Of a stretch of DNA of 64,000 bases, positions 17,544-24,844 are shown in pieces. A model generated the notes under the pieces. The model did no database searches and was not told where the DNA came from. It worked only from the letters and a program-made list of their open reading frames with translations. The stretch comes from Acidimicrobiia bacterium. GTDB taxonomy: Bacteria; Actinomycetota; Acidimicrobiia; IMCC26256; JAMXLJ01. The translations under genes and the position numbers were made by a program. The stretch lies in NCBI GenBank assembly GCA_036558745.1, contig DATBEZ010000003.1:196352-260351 (forward strand), given 5' to 3'. Each line of letters begins with the position of its first letter. The stretch's first letter is position 1.

Positions 17544-18710
17544 TCACATCGGGGCGCCGGCATCGCTGAGGCCGATCTCGGGATGCGTGCCCGTCACGAT
17601 GCTCTGCAGGTCGCCGAACCCGACGCCGCCACCGACAGGATCGTCGACGCGCACGAGCGCCTGTCGGTGCTGGCGCACGCGCGCCACCGCGTCCGGCGCG
17701 GTGCAGTCGGCGATGTGCTCGCCCTCGACGTGCAGCCGCCCGCGCCACTGCCCGTGGGACCGGCCGTCGAACCCGCCGTACAGACCCGTCGCGAGGTGGA
17801 ACCCCGTCGCGGAGACCGGTGTGAGCGAGAGCCGACGCTCGCCGTCCGGGTCGGCCACCGTCACCGTCCCGCCGAGGAACCGCCGGGTCCGGTCGTCGAA
17901 GCGGAGGTCGGGGACCGCGTGACGGAACGGTCGGCGGCTCCCGTCCTCGTGCTCCATCGCGCCCTCGAACGTGCGCCGCTCGAACCCGGGTCCGGCGAAG
18001 CGCTGGTAGTAGAGGTGCAGCCCGTACGCGCTCCCGTCGGGCCGGGTGCAGAACGCGGGGAACCACAGCACGTAGCTCGTCACACCGGGCGGCATCGGGG
18101 TCGGCGCGACGTCGTCCACCGGCGCCCCGACGCCGTAGCGCACGCCCCACGAGCGGTCGCGGGTCGACACCCACGTCGACTCGTCGAGCTCGGTGCGCAC
18201 GCCGTCGAGCTCGAACCATCCGCGGGCGACACCGCTCTGGTGGAAGCGCAGGACGTCGGCGTCGAGCCGGTAGCGGTCGCGGCTGACGTGCACCTCGCGT
18301 TCTTCGAGCGCGGGCGGCACCGGCGACTCGAACACCCACTCGAACGCGATGGGCAGCACGTCGTTGCGGTCGAGCGCGAAGCGGATGCGGCGGCGGGGCG
18401 CGACGTCGAGGATCTCGTAGCGCAGCGGTCCCACCGTGGTGGTCTCGGGGTCGGGGGCGAGCTGCCGGCTCGCCCGCACCGTCCACTGCTCCACGCCGCG
18501 CGACATGCCCGCGTACGCGTCCATGACGTTGCGGTTCGTGTACTTGCCGATGCCGAACGACAGCTGCACGGACCCGTCGCGCGCCGCGGCCATCGCGCAG
18601 ACCTTCTCGGTCCACGCGCGGTCGGTTTGCGCGACGCGGGCCAAGGTGTCGACGGTCTGGTGGACGAAGTACTCGTCGGCACCCAGCAACGGTCCCGCAG
18701 GTGCGTGCAC
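17544..18710 (-). CDS. conserved hypothetical protein (actinobacterial lipid-metabolism-neighbourhood type)
   Basis: ORF 17544..18710 (388 aa). Mixed composition and high GC3. GADEYFVHQTVDTLARVAQTDRAWTEKV...STRDRSWGVRYGVG. No family name that I can assign with confidence. Confidence 0.7.
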   Translation of the reverse strand: MHAPAGPLLGADEYFVHQTVDTLARVAQTDRAWTEKVCAMAAARDGSVQLSFGIGKYTNRNVMDAYAGMSRGVEQWTVRASRQLAPDPETTTVGPLRYEILDVAPRRRIRFALDRNDVLPIAFEWVFESPVPPALEEREVHVSRDRYRLDADVLRFHQSGVARGWFELDGVRTELDESTWVSTRDRSWGVRYGVGAPVDDVAPTPMPPGVTSYVLWFPAFCTRPDGSAYGLHLYYQRFAGPGFERRTFEGAMEHEDGSRRPFRHAVPDLRFDDRTRRFLGGTVTVADPDGERRLSLTPVSATGFHLATGLYGGFDGRSHGQWRGRLHVEGEHIADCTAPDAVARVRQHRQALVRVDDPVGGGVGFGDLQSIVTGTHPEIGLSDAGAPM

Positions 18711-18800
18711 GGAGATCTCCCGGTCCGACCGCCGCGCCCTCCAGCGCGGCGCGCCGCACCCTACGCGGCGCGCGGTGCCGACGGGCTCTGCCGCTCCGGG

Positions 18801-18974
18801 TCAGTCCTCCGGGAGCACGTCGTGATGGTCCTCGCGAACCGCGCGGACCTCCTGGTCGACCTTCTCCTCGCCGGGATTGGGCTCGTCCTGCTCGGCGCGC
18901 CCCTCCGCCTCGACCTGGCGGTCACCGGTCACGGCACCGAGCACTTCCTTGACCGCGCCCTTGCGCTTGCCCAT
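18801..18974 (-). CDS. CsbD-family stress-response protein
   Basis: In frame of ORF 18801..18983. ATG 18974 is 8 nt after GGAGG. GKRKGAVKEVLGAVTGDRQVEAEGRAEQ is the CsbD signature. Confidence 0.75.
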   Translation of the reverse strand: MGKRKGAVKEVLGAVTGDRQVEAEGRAEQDEPNPGEEKVDQEVRAVREDHHDVLPED

Positions 18975-19037
18975 GGCTGTCACCTCCGGGTCGTCCGGTC
19001 GCGCCGCGGCTCGGGTCCGGGCGCCGGGATCGAGTTC

Positions 19038-19064
19038 ATACCCACACGCCGGGGTTCGGACACC
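19038..19064 (-). promoter_or_regulatory. SigF/SigB-type promoter candidate upstream of the CsbD gene
   Basis: The minus strand reads GGTGTC-n15-GGGTAT (plus strand GACACC 19059-19064 and ATACCC 19038-19043). Compare the mycobacterial SigF consensus GGTTTC-n15-17-GGGTAT as I recall it. Lies 64 nt upstream of ATG 18974. Confidence 0.4.
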
Positions 19065-19147
19065 GCGCCTGGTTGCGACGGCGCACGCGCTCTGGGAGTG
19101 TGCGCCGGGCGCAGGGACCCGACCGCGAAGCCGAGGAGACAGAGCTG

Positions 19148-19936
19148 ATGGACACGCTCCACGATCGGGTGGCCGTGGTCACCGGCGCGGCGGGTGGGAT
19201 CGGTCGCGGCATCGCGCTCGCGTGCGCGGCGGCGGGCATGCGGCTGGTGCTGGCCGACCTCGACGCGAAAGGCCTCGACGCCGTCGCCGAAGAGGTGAGC
19301 GGGCTCGGTGCACCCGTGCTCCCGGTCCCGACCGACGTGAGCGACGCGCGCTCGGTCGACGCGCTCGCCGACGCGACCCTCGCCGAGTACGGCGCGGTTC
19401 ACGTCGTGTGCAACAACGCCGGCGTCTCCACGGTCGGTGTGCAATGGGAGACGCCGCTCGCTGATTGGGAGTGGGTCGTGGGCGTCAACCTCTGGGGTGT
19501 GGTCAACGGCATTCGCAGCTTCGTGCCTCATCTGATCGAGCAGGACGAGGCCCACATCGTCAGCACGTCGTCGATGGGCGGGTTGATGACCGGTGCGCTG
19601 CTCGGTCCCTACACGGCGACCAAGCACGCGGTGGTCGGGCTCTCCAAGGGCTTGCGGGCGGAGCTCGCGTTCAAGGCACCGCACGTCGGCGTGTCGGTGA
19701 TCTGTCCCGGTGAGATCCACACGGAGATGATCGAGCGCATCAAGGTCGAGCCGAGCCCGGAGTCGGCCGCGATGCTGGACCGCCTGCGCGCCGTGATCGC
19801 GGAGGGATTGCCGCCGCTCGAGGTCGGCCGCATGGTCATCGAATCGATCAAGAGCCGGAAGTTCTGGATCCTGCCGAACGCGAAGCCCCATCTCGAGACG
19901 GTCCGCACCGAGATGGACGAGCTCTTCGGGAGTTGA
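19148..19936 (+). CDS. SDR-family oxidoreductase
   Basis: In frame of ORF 19073..19936. ATG 19148 follows GAGGAGA. VAVVTGAAGGIGRGIA, NNAG, Y..TKHAV (YxxxK). Confidence 0.9.
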   Translation: MDTLHDRVAVVTGAAGGIGRGIALACAAAGMRLVLADLDAKGLDAVAEEVSGLGAPVLPVPTDVSDARSVDALADATLAEYGAVHVVCNNAGVSTVGVQWETPLADWEWVVGVNLWGVVNGIRSFVPHLIEQDEAHIVSTSSMGGLMTGALLGPYTATKHAVVGLSKGLRAELAFKAPHVGVSVICPGEIHTEMIERIKVEPSPESAAMLDRLRAVIAEGLPPLEVGRMVIESIKSRKFWILPNAKPHLETVRTEMDELFGS

Positions 19937-19960
19937 GCCCGTCCCCGAGGCGGCGCGAGT

Positions 19961-20000
19961 TCCGACACGATGCGGCGCGCTGACGCCACATCGTGTCGGA
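19961..20000. terminator. stem-loop between convergent SDR and membrane-anchored protein genes
   Basis: TCCGACACGATG-(16 nt)-CATCGTGTCGGA, a perfect 12-bp stem. Confidence 0.5.
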
Positions 20001-21125
20001 TCACCCCGTCGTGGTCGCCGGCGATGTCGCGGCCGGCCGGGCCGGCGGCGCGACGACGCATCCCGGCGGCCCGGCCGGGCTGCCCCTTGAGCGTCCGGGA
20101 ACTGCGACCGCGCCCGCGCACCCGAACTGCGAGAACGTGTCCTCGGTCGTGATCGTGCCGCCGTCGCGAAACACCGCGACACTTCGCGTGTGACGGACGT
20201 ACCCCATGGGATCGATGCTGACGTCCTGCACCGTGTGCACGAATCCTTCGCCTGCCAGCACCGCGCGTGCGGCCGCGATCGCCGCGGCTTCGTCAGGAGA
20301 GACACCGGTCGGCGTCGCTGCGGGGTCGAGCGTGACGCGGAAGTTCGTCACCGGGATGCCGTCGAAGGTCGCCGTGCCGATCGGCTGAGCGGTTGCGATC
20401 GTGGCCTTCGTGATCGAGAGGTAGCCGTTCGGGCTGGCCATGCTCTGCATCGCGAGCGCACCTTCTCGGGGGCCGAGCGTGCCCTCGACCAGCCCGGCGA
20501 ACTGCGAGAAGGCAGCGCCCGGACCGGCGCTCACACCGTCGCTGCCGTAGTTCGCGCCGCCGAACTCCCAGACACTTGACTCGTCGGCGATGAGCGTGAC
20601 CGCGCCCAAGCTGCTCACGGTGGAGACCGCGCGCAACGCCTTGGGGTTCGTGTCGACGGTCGCCTCACCCGTCACGGTCACGTCATGCGGCGTGCACGCG
20701 GACGGCAGTGGTGACACCGTGCGCTCGCCGTCCGGACCCGGCACGCCCCGGCCGGCGCGCGCGAGTGCGTCCTGGCACGCGGTCGCGCTCGGCGACCCGG
20801 CCGCTTGCTCGCTCAACCGGTACATGACGTGGAAGCTGCCGATGCTCGTCGTCGTCTCGGCCGCGGCCGCGACGACCTGACGGGCGCGTGCGTCACCGCG
20901 GTCGGTGCTGATCCGCTCGGGCGCGGTCGTGACGGGCGTCTTGCGCGTCGAGCGGTGGGTCCGGCCCGAGGCGTGCACCGCCCACGCGACGAGCGCGGCC
21001 ACGACGACCACCGCGCCGGCCGCGATCAGTGGACGCCGTGCCGTGGCGCGCCGGGCGTGGTCCTTCGCGACGTCGAGGTCGAGCTCGATCGGTCCCGGGT
21101 CGTCCCTGCGAGCCACCTCGAGCAC
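20001..21125 (-). CDS. membrane-anchored exported hypothetical protein
   Basis: ORF 20001..21125. Single N-terminal TM (PLIAAGAVVVVAALVAWAV) followed by an approximately 300-aa mixed-composition ectodomain. A LolA/LppX-like fold is only a guess. Confidence 0.6.
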   Translation of the reverse strand: MLEVARRDDPGPIELDLDVAKDHARRATARRPLIAAGAVVVVAALVAWAVHASGRTHRSTRKTPVTTAPERISTDRGDARARQVVAAAAETTTSIGSFHVMYRLSEQAAGSPSATACQDALARAGRGVPGPDGERTVSPLPSACTPHDVTVTGEATVDTNPKALRAVSTVSSLGAVTLIADESSVWEFGGANYGSDGVSAGPGAAFSQFAGLVEGTLGPREGALAMQSMASPNGYLSITKATIATAQPIGTATFDGIPVTNFRVTLDPAATPTGVSPDEAAAIAAARAVLAGEGFVHTVQDVSIDPMGYVRHTRSVAVFRDGGTITTEDTFSQFGCAGAVAVPGRSRGSPAGPPGCVVAPPARPAATSPATTTG

Positions 21126-21290
21126 CCCCGCTCCTGCCGATAGCGCCGGCCCTCACCGCGCCGAGACCCGAAAGTGCTGGTCACCGAGCGCCTGGAAGAG
21201 TGCGCCATCGCGCCGGCGCCGTCAACGGCGAGGCGGTCCTACGCTGCCGCCACCCCGGGGTCGGGCCCGGATCGACAGGAGGAGATCGCG

Positions 21291-21953
21291 ATGCCGCGCC
21301 TCGCCCAGGTCCCGCGCGCCGACGACAACGCGCCGATCGTCACCGCGATGTACGACCTGCTCTTCGGCGAAGGGCGCGACCCCGTCTCGGAGCCGGGCAC
21401 CGACACGGGCTCGCCGGGCGACTGGTGGACCGTGTTCGCGCTCGTCCCCGACGTGTTGCAGCACGCGGTCGGCGGCTTCGCGCTCTACCAGAGTCCGAAA
21501 CGACTGCTGGACCCGAAGCTGCGCGAGCTGGGCCAGACCCGGGTCGGCTGGGCACGCGGAAGTCAGTTCGTGTTCTCGCAGCACTGCAAGTCGTGCCGGG
21601 CCGTCGGGCTCACGGAGGAGCAGATCGAGGCGATCCCGGCGTGGCCGGTCGCGACGTGCTTCGACGAGCGCGAGCGCGCGGTGCTCGCCTACACCGACGC
21701 GCTCGTCTACGACGGCGGTCGCGTCGCCGACGGCGTGTTCGACTCGCTGCGCCGGCACCTGAGCGATGCCGAGATCCTCGAGCTCACCTACATCACCGCG
21801 CTCTACGAGATGCACGCCGTCATGAGCCGCGCCCTGCGGACCGAGTTCGACGACCGCGACGAGCCGATCGTCGAGGTCGCAGGCCCGGAGAACGTGTCGG
21901 CGCTCGACGTGATCAGCGGCCACCGGGAAGGCCCGCAGCGCACCGACCGGTGA
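21291..21953 (+). CDS. carboxymuconolactone decarboxylase (CMD/AhpD-like) family protein
   Basis: In frame of ORF 21174..21953. ATG 21291 follows CAGGAGGAG. RELGQTRVGWARGSQFVFSQHCKSCRAVGLTEEQIEAI...ERERAVLAYTDAL. Confidence 0.8.
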   Translation: MPRLAQVPRADDNAPIVTAMYDLLFGEGRDPVSEPGTDTGSPGDWWTVFALVPDVLQHAVGGFALYQSPKRLLDPKLRELGQTRVGWARGSQFVFSQHCKSCRAVGLTEEQIEAIPAWPVATCFDERERAVLAYTDALVYDGGRVADGVFDSLRRHLSDAEILELTYITALYEMHAVMSRALRTEFDDRDEPIVEVAGPENVSALDVISGHREGPQRTDR

Positions 21954-21965
21954 CGCGCACGTCGG

Positions 21966-22346
21966 TTACGTGCCGTCGCCGAGGGCGCGGAGCATCCGCT
22001 TGAGCGCGACCTGTCGGTACGACGTGTCCATCAGCTCCGTGACCTCGCCCCAGTCGACACGCGCGGCGTCGAAGTCGAGCGCGAGCCAGCCCGACGGGCC
22101 GAAGTAGGGCGGCACGAAGAAGCGCTCGTCGGCGAGCAGCGCCGGACGCTCCTCCGCCTCGGGCTTGAACACGACGGAGTAGTGCTCTTCCTGTCCGCCC
22201 GTGAACACCGCGAACAGCTTCTTGCCGGCCCGGAACGTCGGCCGGCCCCACGCTTCCACCTCGGTCGACTCGGGGAACCGCAGGCAGATCCCGCGTAGCT
22301 CCGGTAGGTAGGGGTCGTCGTCCCGGTACATCCGGGGGTGGGCCAT
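21966..22346 (-). CDS. MmcQ/YjbR-family DNA-binding protein
   Basis: ORF 21966..22346. LRGICLRFPESTEVEAWGRPTFRAGKKLFAVF...PPYFGPSGWLALDF. Confidence 0.8.
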   Translation of the reverse strand: MAHPRMYRDDDPYLPELRGICLRFPESTEVEAWGRPTFRAGKKLFAVFTGGQEEHYSVVFKPEAEERPALLADERFFVPPYFGPSGWLALDFDAARVDWGEVTELMDTSYRQVALKRMLRALGDGT

Positions 22347-22568
22347 CGCGGCACGGTAGTTCGCGGTTGCCTTCAGATCTTCCGGCGCCCGCCGATCTGT
22401 CGACGTCGACTTCGGTCACGAGTGCCAGCGCGAAGCCCCGGCTCGCTGGCCGGCAACCCTCCTCCACGGTGGGGTGCCCCGGGTGAGGACCAGGCCGGTT
22501 CGCGCGTCGCGGCCGGCAAGCGTGGGCTCCGACGACTCCGGGGTCCCGAGAGAGGCCCGAGGTGTGTC

Positions 22569-23975
22569 ATGTCGGAACCGAGCAGAGGTGCACCACCGTG
22601 GACCGCGCTCCCCGTCGTCGGCGGCGACCTGCGCGTCCCGACCGTGCACGGCACCACCGTGCCCTACGCGAACCTCGACTACGCCGCGAGCGCGCCCTGC
22701 CTCGAGTCGGTGCGCGACACGATCGACGAGCTCCTCCCCTGGTACAGCAGCGTGCACCGCGGCGCGGGCTTCCCGTCGAGCGTCTGCACCGACCTCCTTG
22801 CGGCTGCGCGTGAGACCATTCGTCACTTCCTCGGTGGCCGGCCCGACGACGCGGTGGTCTTCACCCGCAACACCACGGATTCGCTGAACCTGCTCGCAGC
22901 CGCGCTCCCCCGCGACACGACCGTCGTGACCTTCGCGTCCGAGCACCACGCGAACCTGCTGCCGTGGCGGCGCCACGACGTCGTGCAGCTTCCGTTCCCC
23001 GCGACTCCGGAGCATGCCGTGGCCGCGGCCGACGCCGCGCTGCGCGCCGCCCGCGGCTCGCACCGCCTGCTCGCAGTGACGGGTGCGAGCAACGTGACCG
23101 GCGAGGTGTGGCCGGTCGCGGCGCTCGTCGAGGCGGCGCGCCGTCACGATGCCCGCGTCGTGCTCGACGCCGCGCAGCTCGCGCCGCACCGCGCGGTGGA
23201 CCTCACGGCCATCGACGTGGACTACGTCGCGCTCTCGGGTCACAAGCTCTACGCGCCGTTCGGTGCGGGTGTGCTGGTCGGCAGGTCGGACTGGCTCGAT
23301 CGCGCCGAGCCCTATCTGGCGGGCGGCGGCGCGGTCCGACGGGTCACGCTCGAAGACGCGGAGTGGGCGACGGGTGCGAGCCGCCACGAGGCCGGCACAC
23401 CGAACCTGGTCGGCGTCGTCGCGCTCGCTGCCGCGTGCGACACGCTCGACGCGGTCGGGATCGACGCTGTGGAGGCCACCGAGCGTGTGCTCGTCGGCGA
23501 GCTGGTCGACGGGCTTGCCGCGGTGCCGGGCCTCGAGCTGCTGTCGCTGTGGGGACCTGGTCACGAGCGCATCGGCGTCGCCGCGTTCACGCTCGACGGC
23601 TGGCACCACGGCCACCTTGCCGCGGTGCTGAGCGCGGAGTACGGCATCGGCGTGCGGGACGGCGCGTTCTGTGCACACCCGCTCGTCGGCTCACTGCTCG
23701 AACGCACGCCGAGGCATTCCGGTGGTGCGGTGCGCGCGAGCTTCGGGGTGGGCACGACACGTGACGAGATCGAGCGCCTCGTCACCTCCCTCCACGCGGT
23801 CGCGCGTCACGGCGCGCGGTGGTCCTATGCCGTCATCGACGGCCGCCATGTCCCCGACCCCGATCCCCGGCCGCGCCCGACCTTGCTCGGAAGGTTCGTG
23901 ATGACCGATTCGCCGGGCGCAGCGGGCACGGCACCGACCGAGCGGAGCTGCGCGGGCGTCGTCGCCGGGTCGTAA
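22569..23975 (+). CDS. class-V aminotransferase / cysteine-desulfurase-like PLP enzyme
   Basis: In frame of ORF 22338..23975, starting at ATG 22569. YANLDYAASAPCL...TRNTTDSLNLLA...ALSGHKLYAPFGAGVLVG (PLP lysine). Confidence 0.8.
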   Translation: MSEPSRGAPPWTALPVVGGDLRVPTVHGTTVPYANLDYAASAPCLESVRDTIDELLPWYSSVHRGAGFPSSVCTDLLAAARETIRHFLGGRPDDAVVFTRNTTDSLNLLAAALPRDTTVVTFASEHHANLLPWRRHDVVQLPFPATPEHAVAAADAALRAARGSHRLLAVTGASNVTGEVWPVAALVEAARRHDARVVLDAAQLAPHRAVDLTAIDVDYVALSGHKLYAPFGAGVLVGRSDWLDRAEPYLAGGGAVRRVTLEDAEWATGASRHEAGTPNLVGVVALAAACDTLDAVGIDAVEATERVLVGELVDGLAAVPGLELLSLWGPGHERIGVAAFTLDGWHHGHLAAVLSAEYGIGVRDGAFCAHPLVGSLLERTPRHSGGAVRASFGVGTTRDEIERLVTSLHAVARHGARWSYAVIDGRHVPDPDPRPRPTLLGRFVMTDSPGAAGTAPTERSCAGVVAGS

Positions 23976-24022
23976 CGCGGCAGCACGGCCGATCGCGCGC
24001 TGCCGGCGGATACCGTCGCGCC

Positions 24023-24799
24023 GTGACCCGAACGGCAGGGGAGATCGCGGCCGAGCGCGGAACCCGCGCCCGTCTCGTCGCCGCCTGGCTCTGCGCCCTC
24101 GTGGTGCCGATCGTCGTCGCGGTCGTCTGCGTACCGCTGCGGCCCCAGATCCCCGCCGCCGACCGTGCCCTGCTCCTCGCGGTCACCGTCCTCGTGGCCG
24201 CCGTGCTCGGTGGACGGCTCGTGGGTGCGGTCGCCGCGCTCGTCGCCGCGTTCGCGTTCGACTTCTTCCACACGCGCCCCTACTACTCCTTGCGGATCGA
24301 TCGGGCCGTCGACATCGAGACCGCGGTGCTGCTCCTCGTCGTCGGCATCGCGATCGGCGAGCTCGTGACGCGGAGCCGCTACTACCGCGCCCTCGCGGGC
24401 GCGTCCCGACAGGAGCTCGAGCGCGTCCGTCAACTGGCCGAGCTCGCCGCCGGTGGCGAGCCACCCGGACGGCTGATCCGGGTCGTGCGCAACCAGCTCG
24501 TCGAGCTGCTCGACCTCGAGGAGTGCGACTTCGAGGAGGCACCGTTCGTCGACTCGCTCCCGCGCCTTCGTCATACAGGCGTCACGTTGCCGGTCGCGCT
24601 CGAACGCGACGACGCGGCGATCGTGCGGGCCCACACCCAGATCGAGCTGCCGGTGTGGGGCGAGGGGCTCGAGCTCGGGCGGTTCGTGCTGACGATGCGC
24701 CCGGGTGCGACCGGCGTCGACTTCCCGGCCGACGCGCGCGCGTCCGCGCTCGCGCTCGCCGACCAGCTCGGCGTGATCCTCCTCGCCCACCGACGCTGA
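24023..24799 (+). CDS. DUF4118-type (KdpD-like membrane sensor domain) protein
   Basis: In frame of ORF 23819..24799, starting at GTG 24023. Three or four TM helices ending in AFAFDFFHTRPYYSLRI, followed by a soluble approximately 150-aa tail. Confidence 0.7.
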   Translation: MTRTAGEIAAERGTRARLVAAWLCALVVPIVVAVVCVPLRPQIPAADRALLLAVTVLVAAVLGGRLVGAVAALVAAFAFDFFHTRPYYSLRIDRAVDIETAVLLLVVGIAIGELVTRSRYYRALAGASRQELERVRQLAELAAGGEPPGRLIRVVRNQLVELLDLEECDFEEAPFVDSLPRLRHTGVTLPVALERDDAAIVRAHTQIELPVWGEGLELGRFVLTMRPGATGVDFPADARASALALADQLGVILLAHRR

Positions 24800-24844
24800 C
24801 CCGATGGCCAGCGCGCCACGGGGCGCGTTCCGTAGTCTGGCGCC

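Noticed and set aside
22347-22568. 222-nt gap upstream of the class-V aminotransferase with several short palindromes (CAGATC...GATCTG, GTCGACGTCGAC); considered as a riboswitch
   Set aside because: I could not match it to any riboswitch consensus I know (SAM, TPP, FMN, cobalamin, glycine, ydaO, ZTP). It needs an Rfam/Infernal scan before any claim.
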